From: Alphaproteobacteria bacterium
GTDB taxonomy: Bacteria > Pseudomonadota > Alphaproteobacteria > UBA6615
Direction: 5' to 3'
NCBI GenBank assembly: GCA_965261975.1
Contig: CBDHEC010000022.1
Coordinates: 1 to 64,000 of the forward strand
Length of the DNA: 64,000 bases
Shown here: positions 36,973-46,771 of the stretch, piece after piece
Layout of the letters: each line of letters begins with the position of its first letter
Numbering within the stretch: position 1 is the stretch's first letter
Notes under the pieces: model-generated
Databases searched by the model: none
Told to the model about the DNA's origin: nothing
Seen by the model: only the letters and a program-made list of their open reading frames with translations
Made by a program: the position numbers and the translations under genes

Positions 36973-37353
36973 GTGCCACATCCCGTTGATACACATGTTG
37001 GGCGGCGCATGCGCCAGAGACGCGAAATTTGCGGGATGCCGCAGAAAGAACTCGCACGGCAATTGGGCATCAGCTTCCAGCAGGTTCAAAAATACGAAAG
37101 TGGCGCCAACCGAATCAGCGCCTCCAAACTGTGGCAGCTTTGCGCTGTCCTCGATGTATCACCAGGCTTCTTCTTCGAGGGCCTGGGCCCGCAACGCAAC
37201 CGCGCCGGATCTGCCGATCAGGCCACCGCACCCGAAGCGGATTCACGATCCGCCCGCCAGGTCCTCGACCTGAATCAGGCGTTTCAGAAAATCGAGGACA
37301 CGCGGGTCCGTCGACAATTGGTCCAGTTGGTGAAATCACTCGGCCGTTCCTGA
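36973..37353 (+). CDS. XRE-family HTH transcriptional regulator
   Basis: HPVDTHVGRRMR, GISFQQVQKYESGANRISASKL, FFFEG. Confidence 0.9.
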   Translation: MPHPVDTHVGRRMRQRREICGMPQKELARQLGISFQQVQKYESGANRISASKLWQLCAVLDVSPGFFFEGLGPQRNRAGSADQATAPEADSRSARQVLDLNQAFQKIEDTRVRRQLVQLVKSLGRS

Positions 37354-37416
37354 GTCTGAACCTCTCGCACCTTTTGAGGGTGGACGCACGGCCCCCGGCG
37401 GCCCTATATCCCGCCC

Positions 37417-38268
37417 ATGGGCATGCGAGACTTCATAAAGATGCACGGGCTGGGCAATGACTTCGTCATTGTCGACGCGCGCGAACACCCGCTTCGCGTC
37501 AGCGAATCCGGCGTGCGCCTGCTGTCGGACCGTCACACCGGGATCGGCTTCGACCAGCTGATCGTAATCGACGCGCCGGCGGATGAGAGTGCCGAGGTGG
37601 ATGTTCGCATCTTCAACTTCGACGGCGGCGAGGTCTCCGCCTGCGGCAACGCCATGCGCTGTGTCGCCCGTCTTTTATTGGCCGACGACGATCGGACGCT
37701 GTCGATCCGCACGGGCGCCGGCCTGCTCGAGGCCTGGCACGACCAGGATGAACCCGCGCACTTCACCGTCGACATGGGCCCGGCCCGCGACGCCTGGCAG
37801 GACATCCCGCTGGCGAACGACTGCGATACCGACCACCTGCCGCTTTCATTGGGGCCGCTTGCCGATCCGGTGGCGGTCAATATGGGAAATCCGCACGCGG
37901 TGTTTTTTGTCGACGATGTCACCTCGATTCCAATCGAGACCTTGGGCCCCGAGCTCGAGCATGATTCACTCTTTCCCCAGCGTGCAAATATAGGTGTTGC
38001 GCAGGTGACTGGCCCCAACGCCCTGCGTTTACGGGTGTGGGAACGCGGTGTCGGCTTGACGCTTGCCTGCGGTTCGGGCGCCTGCGCGGCGGCAGTTGCC
38101 GCGCACCGACGCGGCCTCACCGACCGGCATGTGCGGATCGACGTCGATGGTGGCACGCTCGCGATCAATTGGCGTGACGACAATCACGTATTGATGACCG
38201 GGCCGGCAGAGGAGAGTTTCCGCGGGTCGGTGGATGAGAACGCATTCTCGGCGAGCGGCCATGACTGA
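37417..38268 (+). CDS. dapF: Diaminopimelate epimerase
   Basis: FIKMHGLGNDF, GIGFDQ, ACGNAMRC, MGNPH, WERGVGLTLACGSGACA. Confidence 0.96.
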   Translation: MGMRDFIKMHGLGNDFVIVDAREHPLRVSESGVRLLSDRHTGIGFDQLIVIDAPADESAEVDVRIFNFDGGEVSACGNAMRCVARLLLADDDRTLSIRTGAGLLEAWHDQDEPAHFTVDMGPARDAWQDIPLANDCDTDHLPLSLGPLADPVAVNMGNPHAVFFVDDVTSIPIETLGPELEHDSLFPQRANIGVAQVTGPNALRLRVWERGVGLTLACGSGACAAAVAAHRRGLTDRHVRIDVDGGTLAINWRDDNHVLMTGPAEESFRGSVDENAFSASGHD

Positions 38269-39529
38269 TATGCGCACGCCCGAGATCATCACATTCGGCT
38301 GCCGGCTCAATGCCTATGAATCCGAGGTCATGCGCAAACATGCGGACGAGGCCGGGCTCACCGACACCGTGATCATCAACACCTGCGCGGTCACATCCGA
38401 AGCGGAACGCCAGGCGCGTCAGGCCATCCGCCGGGCCCGACGCCGAAACCCCGATGCGCGGATCGTCGTGACCGGCTGCGCTGCGCAGATAAACCCCGCG
38501 AACTATGCCGACATGCCAGAAGTCGATGTCGTGCTGGGGAACAGCGAGAAGCTCGACCGGACACGCTTCACGGACCTCGATCATGCGCCCGTGCAGGTGA
38601 ACGACATCATGTCGGCGCGCGAGACCGCGGCACACCTCATTGAAGGATTCGACGGTCGGGCGCGGGCCTTCATCCAGGTCCAGAATGGCTGCGATCATCG
38701 GTGCACCTTCTGCATCATTCCCTTCGGCCGCGGCAATTCCCGCAGCGTCCCGATCGGGACCATTGTCGGACAGGTGCGCACGCTGGTCGATCATGGTGTC
38801 CAGGAAGTCGTGCTGTCGGGTGTCGACATGACATCTTACGGCGCGGACCTGCCAGGGCGTCCGCGCGCCGGGCAGATGATCCGGCGCCTGCTGGCAAATG
38901 TGCCGACATTGCCGCGCCTGCGTCTCAGCTCCATCGACGTGGCCGAGATCGACGACGATCTGCTGCATCTGATCGCCGACGAGCCTCGCCTGATGCCCCA
39001 CCTGCATCTCAGCCTGCAGGCGGGTGATGACATGATCCTCAAGCGGATGAAACGACGTCACACGCGCGCCCAGGCGATCGCTTTTTGCGAGCAGGCCCGC
39101 CAGCTTCGCCCGGATATCGTTTTCGGTGCCGACCTGATCGCCGGATTCCCGACAGAGACCGACGCGATGTTCGCGCAGAGCGAAGCGCTCGTGGCCGAGT
39201 GCGGGCTGACCCATCTTCATGTCTTTCCCTATTCGCCGCGCCCCGAGACCCCGGCGGCCCGCATGCCGCAGCTCGACCGGGTGGTGATCAAGGAACGCGC
39301 CGCCGCCCTGCGCGCCGCCGGCGACAACAACCTTGCGGCGTTCCTGCGCGACGAGGTCGGGCACACACGTGCGGTGCTCCTCGAAAAGCCTGGCATGGGG
39401 CGGACCGAACAGTTTGCCGAAGTCTCCCTCGAAACCGCGGAAGACGCGCCCGGGAAAATCGTCGACACGCGTATCTCGGGCACCGACGGCACACGTCTGA
39501 CCGCCGTGACACTGCGTGACGCGGCATGA
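38261..39529 (+). CDS. mtaB: tRNA t6A37 methylthiotransferase
   Basis: TFGCRLNAYES, NTCAVT, VTGCAAQ, radical SAM GCDHRCTFC. Confidence 0.94.
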   Translation: MTDMRTPEIITFGCRLNAYESEVMRKHADEAGLTDTVIINTCAVTSEAERQARQAIRRARRRNPDARIVVTGCAAQINPANYADMPEVDVVLGNSEKLDRTRFTDLDHAPVQVNDIMSARETAAHLIEGFDGRARAFIQVQNGCDHRCTFCIIPFGRGNSRSVPIGTIVGQVRTLVDHGVQEVVLSGVDMTSYGADLPGRPRAGQMIRRLLANVPTLPRLRLSSIDVAEIDDDLLHLIADEPRLMPHLHLSLQAGDDMILKRMKRRHTRAQAIAFCEQARQLRPDIVFGADLIAGFPTETDAMFAQSEALVAECGLTHLHVFPYSPRPETPAARMPQLDRVVIKERAAALRAAGDNNLAAFLRDEVGHTRAVLLEKPGMGRTEQFAEVSLETAEDAPGKIVDTRISGTDGTRLTAVTLRDAA

Positions 39530-40482
39530 GTGAAGGCAGTTGGCTATCGCGGCTCCGCTCGGGCATGTCGCGGACCTCGTCGCGCCTGTCGGGCGATATC
39601 GGCGCTATTTTCACGGCACGCAGAATCGATGCCGAGACGCTCGCGGAACTCGAAGACGTCCTGATCATGGCCGATCTCGGGGTCACCACCGCCGCGACTC
39701 TCGCGGCCGAGATCGGCAACCGGAAATTTCCCGCAGATACCGACGAACGCGCCGTCCGTGAAGCACTGGCAGAAGATATCGCCCAACTCATCGAACCCGT
39801 GGCACGCCCCCTGTCGGACCTTACGGCGGCGCGCAATGGCCCCCGGGTCATCCTCGTGGCGGGCGTTAACGGCACCGGCAAGACGACCACGATTGGCAAG
39901 CTGGCCGCCCGGTTCAAGGAAGACGGTCGAACGGTCATGCTCGCGGCAGCCGACACCTTCCGCGCGGCGGCGATCGACCAGCTGAAATTATGGGGCGAAC
40001 GCGTCGGCGTGCCGGTCATCGCACAGGAACAAGGAAGCGACCCCGCATCTGTCGCTTTCGATGCGATCGAAGGTGCACGCGATGCCGGTGCAGACATACT
40101 CCTGATCGACACAGCCGGGCGCCTCCACAACAAGGCCGACCTGATGGCCGAGCTTGAGAAGATCATCCGGGTCCTCAAGAAGGTGGATCCCGACGCGCCG
40201 CATGACGTGCTGCTGGTGCTCGACGCCACCACAGGCCAGAACGCGCACGCGCAAGTCGAGACATTCAGCGGGCTGATCGACGTCAGCGGCCTCGTCGTCA
40301 CCAAGCTCGACGGGTCCGCGCGCGGCGGGGTGATCGTCGGCCTGGCAGACAAGTTCAAGTTACCCATTTATGCGATCGGCGTCGGTGAAGGGGTGGACGA
40401 TCTGCGCCCCTTCGAGGCCTCGGCATTTGCCCGCAACCTGCTCGGTCTCGACGCGGCTGTACAAACCGATACGCCCGAATGA
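39526..40482 (+). CDS. ftsY: SRP receptor
   Basis: GVNGTGKTTTIGKLA, DTFRAAA, DTAGRLHNK, TKLDGSARGG. Confidence 0.96.
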   Translation: MSEGSWLSRLRSGMSRTSSRLSGDIGAIFTARRIDAETLAELEDVLIMADLGVTTAATLAAEIGNRKFPADTDERAVREALAEDIAQLIEPVARPLSDLTAARNGPRVILVAGVNGTGKTTTIGKLAARFKEDGRTVMLAAADTFRAAAIDQLKLWGERVGVPVIAQEQGSDPASVAFDAIEGARDAGADILLIDTAGRLHNKADLMAELEKIIRVLKKVDPDAPHDVLLVLDATTGQNAHAQVETFSGLIDVSGLVVTKLDGSARGGVIVGLADKFKLPIYAIGVGEGVDDLRPFEASAFARNLLGLDAAVQTDTPE

Positions 40483-41342
40483 CGACAATTGTTGCCCTTG
40501 CCGTCGTCCTGTCAGCACTCATGCATGCCAGCTGGAATGCCCTTGTCAAAGGTGGCGATGACGGCTGGCTGACCGGCACTCTGATCTCCGGATTCGCGGC
40601 CGCCGCTGGTCTGGTCGTCGTGGTTGCGATCGCCCCGTGGCCGGCCCCGCATCACTGGCCATGGCTGATTGGATCGGGTTCGCTGCATGCCAGCTACTTC
40701 ATTCTGCTGATGTGCGCCTATACCTATGGTGATCTAGGCAAAGTCTACGGGATCGCGCGCGGTACGGCGCCGCTGGTCATCGTCGCCCTGGCCGGACCAC
40801 TGGTGGGCGATGTGCCGACCTGGCAGGAGATCGCGGCAATTCTGGTCCTGGTCACCGGCGTCGTGGCCCTCACATTCGAACCGGGAAAATTTGCAACCGC
40901 CGACTTCAAGGCCGTTGTGCTGGCTATTCTGACCGGCAGCATGATCGCGGCCTATTCGCTGTTCGACGCCATCGGAATCCGTACGATCGGCCCCGAACTC
41001 CAATACGCCTCGGTCACCTACGGGGCTTGGCTGATGATCTTTACGGCCGTGCCCGTCCTCGTCATCGCGGCCGTCATCAGACGCGGCCGGATCCTTCCCT
41101 ACATGCGCGCAAACGCGCTCAAGGGTGCAGTCGGCGGCGTTATCGGCGTGACCAGCTACATGCTCATCCTGTTCGCCTTTGCAAACGCCTCGGTTGCCAG
41201 CGTCGCGGCATTGCGCGAGACCGGCGTGGTCTTCGCCGCGCTGATCGGGACGTTCATTCTGGGTGAACGCCTCGGCAGACGCCGCATCCCCGCCGCCATC
41301 CTTGTGGCCATGGGCGCCGGCGCAATCAAGTTTGCGGCCTGA
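40479..41342 (+). CDS. DMT/EamA family transporter
   Basis: HASWNALVK, YGIARGTAP, VAALRETGV, ILGERL. Confidence 0.87.
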   Translation: MTTIVALAVVLSALMHASWNALVKGGDDGWLTGTLISGFAAAAGLVVVVAIAPWPAPHHWPWLIGSGSLHASYFILLMCAYTYGDLGKVYGIARGTAPLVIVALAGPLVGDVPTWQEIAAILVLVTGVVALTFEPGKFATADFKAVVLAILTGSMIAAYSLFDAIGIRTIGPELQYASVTYGAWLMIFTAVPVLVIAAVIRRGRILPYMRANALKGAVGGVIGVTSYMLILFAFANASVASVAALRETGVVFAALIGTFILGERLGRRRIPAAILVAMGAGAIKFAA

Positions 41343-41414
41343 CGGACGCATGACCCAGCCCTGACCCAGCCCGGCCTTTCGTTCACGTCCCAACAATCGT
41401 AGGTTCAACCCGAT

Positions 41415-42068
41415 ATGCGACCCTGGATAAAATTGGCCATCGAAGCCGGACCACTTGTGGTTTTCTTCGTCGTGAACGGCCGCGATGGCTTGCCGGAATT
41501 CCGAGATCTCTGGCTCCCGTCAGGCGGCACACCGATGGCGGAACAGGGGCTGTTCGAAGCCACCGGCGCATTCATGGTCGCAACGCTGATTGCGCTCGCG
41601 ACCGGATGGGTGTTGGAACGCCGCCTGCCCGTCATGCCCCTGGTCAGCGGTATCTTCGTAGTCTTCTTCGGCGGCCTGACTCTCGTCCTCGCGGATGAGA
41701 CCTTCATCAAGCTCAAGCCGACCCTGGTCAACACGCTGTTCGCCGTGATTCTGTTCGGCGGTTTGTTGACCGGCCGATCACTCCTGAAACCCCTGTTCGG
41801 CGCAGCCGTTCAGTTGACCGACCAGGGATGGCGAAAGCTCACACTGCGCTGGGCGGTTTTCTTCGTCCTGTTGGCTGTCCTAAACGAGATTGTGTGGCGC
41901 AACTTCTCGACCGACTTCTGGGTCTCGTTCAAGCTGTTCGGAATCATGCCGCTGACGTTCGTTTTCGCTGCCGCGCAGACGCCACTCTTCCTGCGCGAGC
42001 AGATCGAGGAAACCGCCGCAACCGAACCGCCGGCCGGGAGCGACCAGCCGGCGCATCGAGAACCCTAG
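41415..42068 (+). CDS. yciB: Inner membrane-spanning protein YciB/IspZ
   Basis: EAGPLVVFF, FGGLTL, FIKLKPT, LNEIVWR, WVSFKLFG. Confidence 0.92.
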   Translation: MRPWIKLAIEAGPLVVFFVVNGRDGLPEFRDLWLPSGGTPMAEQGLFEATGAFMVATLIALATGWVLERRLPVMPLVSGIFVVFFGGLTLVLADETFIKLKPTLVNTLFAVILFGGLLTGRSLLKPLFGAAVQLTDQGWRKLTLRWAVFFVLLAVLNEIVWRNFSTDFWVSFKLFGIMPLTFVFAAAQTPLFLREQIEETAATEPPAGSDQPAHREP

Positions 42069-42295
42069 ACAACCAGGTTCAGGTAGCTTCCCCGCGGCGC
42101 ATTCGGGTCGAGGGTGGCTGCGTCCTTCGGGACCTGCACGCGCGGCTCTGCCGCCGCGCTGCGTTGAGATTCCGCCGTAGACGGCGCGGTTGCAGATTGG
42201 CTGCGGGTTGTTCCGCCGGGCGGCTGCGACGGCACCGCAGGCTCTAGTTGACGGAGAATGGCCTGCAACGAAGAAGGTGTATTGGTAACGGCCAT
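42065..42295 (-). CDS. Small hypothetical protein ending in PRGSYLNLVV
   Basis: Low-complexity P/S/T/Q body with a terminal PRG..LN..V motif; CtrA-like box upstream; start 42295 or 42331. Confidence 0.65.
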   Translation of the reverse strand: MAVTNTPSSLQAILRQLEPAVPSQPPGGTTRSQSATAPSTAESQRSAAAEPRVQVPKDAATLDPNAPRGSYLNLVV

Positions 42296-42347
42296 TGAGG
42301 GCGCACCCGATAAAATTTTAGACAATTCCAACTTATGGCCGTGCGGA

Positions 42348-42362
42348 TTAACGAAACGCTAA
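42348..42362. promoter_or_regulatory. CtrA-like binding site
   Basis: TTAA-CGAAACG-CTAA, one mismatch from TTAA-N7-TTAA, between divergent genes. Confidence 0.55.
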
Positions 42363-42461
42363 AGCCCCGAACAAACACGTTTACCTGTTGGCAACCGGCG
42401 TGGCGCACAATGGAACGTCGCAACGACCAACCGTTGTGAGGTCGTAATCCGGGAGTCGACA

Positions 42462-43613
42462 TTGTTTGCTGAAAGCCAGGCCGAAAGCGTCCTCGACGTC
42501 GACGCATTGTTGCGTCTGGCCCACGACAGGTCTGCCGAAGCGCGGCGCGATCTCGTCGAGATCATCAGCGATCTTTTCTTCGACCAGAATCGCATCCTGA
42601 GCGAGCGCGAACGCGCGACCATGTCGGATATTCTGCGGCAACTGATTCACGACGTGGAAATTTCGGTGCGCAAGCATCTGGCGATCCGGCTGTCCGACGA
42701 ACCCCAGGCGCCATCGGAACTGGTTTTCGCGCTGGCCAACGACAATGCCGAAATCGCCCATCCGATCCTGATGCGCAGCGACGTCCTGAAAGACACGCAA
42801 CTTATTGAAATCACTCGAAACAGGGACCTGGAACACCAGCTGTCGGTGGCGATGCGCGACTCCGTCTCCGAGCAGGTCGCCGGCGCGCTGGTCGAGACCA
42901 GCGAGGTCAGTGTCATCGAAAGACTTCTCGAGAACCCGGGTGCGGAAATCGGGCGCGAGGCCATGACCTACCTCGTCGAGCAGTCCCAGCGCGTTGACGC
43001 CTTCCAAAACCCACTGATACGCCGCAAGGATCTCCCCCGGGACCTCGCGGAACGCATGTACTGGTGGGTCTCTGCCGCATTGCGCACCGAGATTCTGGAC
43101 CGGCACGACCTCGATGTAGAACAGCTCGACGACGTCATGGAGTCCGCCATCGAGGCCGCCGTCCGGTCCGATTCCGAGTTGGTGTCGGGCGGTGAAGCGG
43201 CCTCACAACTCGCCACAAGGATGGTCGCGCAACTCGGTTTCTCGGCCGAGCTGCTGATTCAGGTCCTGCGGGCCGGGGAGATATCGCTCTTCGAACATAT
43301 CGTTGAGCAAACAACCGAACTGCGTCAGCCCCTCGTCCAGCGGCTGATCTATGAATCCGGCGGCGAAGGTCTGGCGATCATGTGTCGTGCGATCGGGTTC
43401 AGCGCTGCGGATTTCCAGACATTACATGAGCTGTGCCGCGAAGCGCGCCCGCAACGCAAGGAAGTGTATCCGGTGGCGCGTGCACAACCTGCGGTGTTCT
43501 ATGAGTTGATCAAGCCGGCGGCGGCCGAAAAGGTACTGGACCGCTGGCGCCGCAACCCCGACTATCTCGACCTCCTGCGCCAGATTGAGTCGATTGCTGC
43601 CGACCCGGACTGA
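42462..43613 (+). CDS. DUF2336 domain protein
   Basis: VRKHLAIRLS...APSELVFALAND..EIAHPIL.RS.VL, LLENPGAEI, R.DLP..LAERMY.WVSAALR. Confidence 0.82.
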   Translation: MFAESQAESVLDVDALLRLAHDRSAEARRDLVEIISDLFFDQNRILSERERATMSDILRQLIHDVEISVRKHLAIRLSDEPQAPSELVFALANDNAEIAHPILMRSDVLKDTQLIEITRNRDLEHQLSVAMRDSVSEQVAGALVETSEVSVIERLLENPGAEIGREAMTYLVEQSQRVDAFQNPLIRRKDLPRDLAERMYWWVSAALRTEILDRHDLDVEQLDDVMESAIEAAVRSDSELVSGGEAASQLATRMVAQLGFSAELLIQVLRAGEISLFEHIVEQTTELRQPLVQRLIYESGGEGLAIMCRAIGFSAADFQTLHELCREARPQRKEVYPVARAQPAVFYELIKPAAAEKVLDRWRRNPDYLDLLRQIESIAADPD

Positions 43614-43641
43614 GTCCCGATGCTACCGGTCCGGAATCGGA

Positions 43642-43664
43642 ATATTGAAATTATATTACAATAT
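43642..43664. promoter_or_regulatory. AT-rich 10-3-10 inverted repeat (possible Fur/Zur-family operator)
   Basis: ATATTGAAAT-TAT-ATTACAATAT, arms complementary at 9/10 positions, upstream of the RTX gene. Confidence 0.4.
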
Positions 43665-43845
43665 ACGGAAATATAACGTTCGATAAATACAAAGACTTAT
43701 GAATTGTGAAGGCATAATTCTTGCTTCTTCTTGTATTGTCGAAGCGCCATACCGAGGTTTTTAGGGGTTAGTGTTTCGAGTTGCGTCGGTCCGGCGCTAA
43801 TTTGAGAACGATCTTTCGCATTGTGCGATCCGAACGGAGACCAAA

Positions 43846-44504
43846 ATGTCTGGTTCAGGTAGCGGTAGTGGGGCCTACGACGATCTGTCGGTGCTTCTCG
43901 GCGACCACACCCTGGGTGACCAGGGTGGCGGCGACATCATCTTTGCCGATGGCGAAGGCAACGACACGGTATCCGGCGGTGCGGGCAACGACTTCATCGT
44001 CGGACGCGGTGGCGCCGACACGATCGAGGGCGGTGCTGGCGAAGACGCGATCTTCGGTGACTATTTCGACGATTGGTACGACCGTTCCAACGGGTCCGGC
44101 TCGGGCGGCAGCGCCTCCAGGGCCGGCGGCTCGGGCAGCGGCACCGCGGTCACATTCAATGATTACCTTTCCGGCGGTGCGGGCAGCGATCTGCTGGTCG
44201 GCGGCATGGGCAATGACGAGCTGCGCGGCGGCACCGACGATGACGTGCTGTATGGCGATACCTATGGCGGCGGCGACAGCGAATACACCTGGGGTGCAGG
44301 CTGGGAAGACCCACGCTTCGACGCCGAAACTGGTACGGCCACTGGCAGTGGCAGCGGTTCGGGCGGCGGTTCAGGTGCCATCAGCTACACCTTCGACGAC
44401 CTGCTTGTCGGCGGCGGCGGGGACGACATCCTGCTGGGCCAGCTCGGCGACGACACGCTTTATGGCGGGCTCGGCAATGACACCCTGTTCGGCGGTGTCG
44501 GCTG
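43846..44504 (+). pseudogene. RTX/hemolysin-type Ca-binding repeat protein, 3'-truncated
   Basis: Many GGxGxDxL nonapeptides with GS linkers; repeats stop abruptly at NDTLFGGVG and continue as non-family sequence; GGAGA RBS. Confidence 0.8.
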
Positions 44505-45451
44505 CGGTCGGTACCGATGGCAAACTCCGCGCCGCGCGTGCAAAGCACATGGGCACCACCCGCCGTGACCCGGACCTTGTCTTCCGCCAGACATACCGCC
44601 TCGTCCCACCAGTCCCCACCATCCTTGTAGTGGACCACCAGCGCCAGCCGGACGGCTGTGTGGAACGTGGCATAGGTCAGGAAATACTCTCGCGCCGCAC
44701 CGGGATTGGTCCCGGCGGGCGCATTGGCGACGGCGATATCCGCCAGCCCCCGAACAGGCGGCACATACTCGTCCGCCAGCAACCACGCAAAATCATCGAG
44801 CGCATTGCGGGCGCCGCAATGCTCCAAGTCGAACCAGCCGATCGACCCGTCCGTCTGTACCACCGCGTTCCCCGGTCGCGCATCCCACTTCAGGAAACAG
44901 GGATCACCGGCCCGCAACAAAGCCACCAAACCATCAACGTCGAGCGCGGGCGCCGGGGCACCCAGAGCTTCCCCGATTCGGTTCGGTGTATCGATCAGGT
45001 CCTGCAACCAGCTGTCGGCCACGACCAGCTTGACCACATTTTCATGCAGTTGCGTCTCGGCGCCGATCTCATGAATCCGGGCCAGCCCCGATGCCGCCGT
45101 GGACAGCAACACATAGGCCCGCTCCGGGTCACAATTCATCAGCACATGGGGCAAACGCTCGCCAGCCAGATACTCCTGGATCAGCCAGGCGCCGTCATAT
45201 GCGAGAACCTCGGGCACGGCGGCACCATGTTCATGCAGGGTCTTGAGCACATTGGCCTCAAGCATGGACCGCGCTCGCCGTTTCCGGCGGGTGGCGATCA
45301 CGGTCACGTCTTCAAGATGAACCCGCACGGACCGGCGCGACTGGCTGGCCGGCCAATCGACATTGGTGACCTTCTGGCCCAGGAGACGCTCACACGCGGC
45401 AGCGGCCTCGTTGGCAAACTGCTGGGGATCGCGAACCCGGCGGGTGGCCAT
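44505..45451 (-). pseudogene. Aminoglycoside-phosphotransferase/kinase-like protein, probably 3'-truncated
   Basis: LEANVLKTL..HGAAVPEVL, WLIQEYL, LARIH, KWDARPGNA (HxDxxxxN-like), WFDLEH (DFE-like); frame runs into the antisense of the RTX gene. Confidence 0.7.
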
Positions 45452-45460
45452 GCCGTGTTC

Positions 45461-46657
45461 CTAGGCCCGCGAAAGGGCTGCAACACCCGGCAGGGTCTTG
45501 CCTTCGAGCCATTCGAGGAAGGCGCCGCCGGCGGCGGATACGTAGCTGAAGTCATCCGTTACGCCTGCGTGGTTCAAGGCCGCGACCGTATCGCCGCCAC
45601 CCGCGACCGATAGCAGGCTGCCGGATTGCGTTAAGCCCGCCGCCGCACGGGCGACCTCCACGGTGGCCAGGTCGAAGGGTTCGATTTCGAACGCGCCGAG
45701 GGGGCCGTTCCACACGATCGTGCGCACCTCGGCGAGACGCGCGGCCATGCCGGCCACACTCCCGGGGCCGATATCGAGGATCATCTGGTCCGCGGGCACC
45801 GCATCGACGGGCACGACACGACTGGTCGCGCCGGCCTTGAACTCTCCCCCGATAACGACGTCGGATGGCAGCACCACCTCGCAGCCGATTTCGTCGGCCC
45901 GGGCAAGAATCCCGCGCGCGGTCTCCGCCATGTCATGCTCACACAGGGACGCACCCACATCGATGCCCATGGCGTTGAGGAATGTGTTGGCCATGCCGCC
46001 GCCGATCGCAAGCTGATCCACACGCGAGATCAGGTTGCCCAGGAGATCGAGCTTGGATGCGATCTTCGCGCCGCCGACGACCGCCATCACCGGTCGCTCC
46101 GGGCTCCCCAGCGCGCGATCCAGGGCCTCGAGCTCGGCCTGCATCAGGCGTCCGGCATAGGCCGGCAAAAGATGAGCGACCCCTTCGGTGGACGCATGTG
46201 CGCGGTGTGCCGCCGAAAAGGCGTCGTTCACATAGGCCTCTGCCAGATCGGCCAATGCCCGGGCAAAGCCCTTGTCGTTCGCCTCCTCGCCCAGGTGATA
46301 ACGGGCATTCTCGAGGACCAGAATATCCCCGTTGACCATCGCACCCGAAGCATCCATCGCCGCATCACCGATACAATCCGGCACGAACGCCACGGGCCGC
46401 CCCAGCACCGCACCCAGTTCCTTGGCCACGGGCGCCAGCGACATCTCGAGCACGCGCTCGCCTCTGGGCCGCCCGAAATGTGACGTCACCAGAACTTTCG
46501 CCCCCTTGTCGGCCAGCTCCAGAATGGTGGGCGCCAGCCGTTCGAGGCGCGTCCGGTCCGTGACCTTTCCGTCGGCCATGGGGACATTAAGGTCGGCCCG
46601 CAGCAGTATACGTTTACCGGCGGCATCGAGATCGTCGAGGGTGCGAAACGCGCTCAT
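45461..46657 (-). CDS. pgk: Phosphoglycerate kinase
   Basis: [44 protein letters not shown]. Confidence 0.97.
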   Translation of the reverse strand: MSAFRTLDDLDAAGKRILLRADLNVPMADGKVTDRTRLERLAPTILELADKGAKVLVTSHFGRPRGERVLEMSLAPVAKELGAVLGRPVAFVPDCIGDAAMDASGAMVNGDILVLENARYHLGEEANDKGFARALADLAEAYVNDAFSAAHRAHASTEGVAHLLPAYAGRLMQAELEALDRALGSPERPVMAVVGGAKIASKLDLLGNLISRVDQLAIGGGMANTFLNAMGIDVGASLCEHDMAETARGILARADEIGCEVVLPSDVVIGGEFKAGATSRVVPVDAVPADQMILDIGPGSVAGMAARLAEVRTIVWNGPLGAFEIEPFDLATVEVARAAAGLTQSGSLLSVAGGGDTVAALNHAGVTDDFSYVSAAGGAFLEWLEGKTLPGVAALSRA

Positions 46658-46771
46658 GTTGATTGAATTTCCGTTTGAATTGTCTGGCCACGCCGCGTCT
46701 GCAGCACCCCCGTTATAGCAGCGCGAAGGTCACGGTAAAGCAGGATGCGTCATGAAAACACGCCCGCCCCA

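Noticed and set aside
6420-44515. Shared CGGTCG hexamer at both junctions as a recombination or inversion site
   Set aside because: A 6-mer match noticed after the fact in GC-rich DNA is weak, and inverting the segment would not rejoin matching gene halves (transferase, nuclease, RTX and kinase are four different genes).
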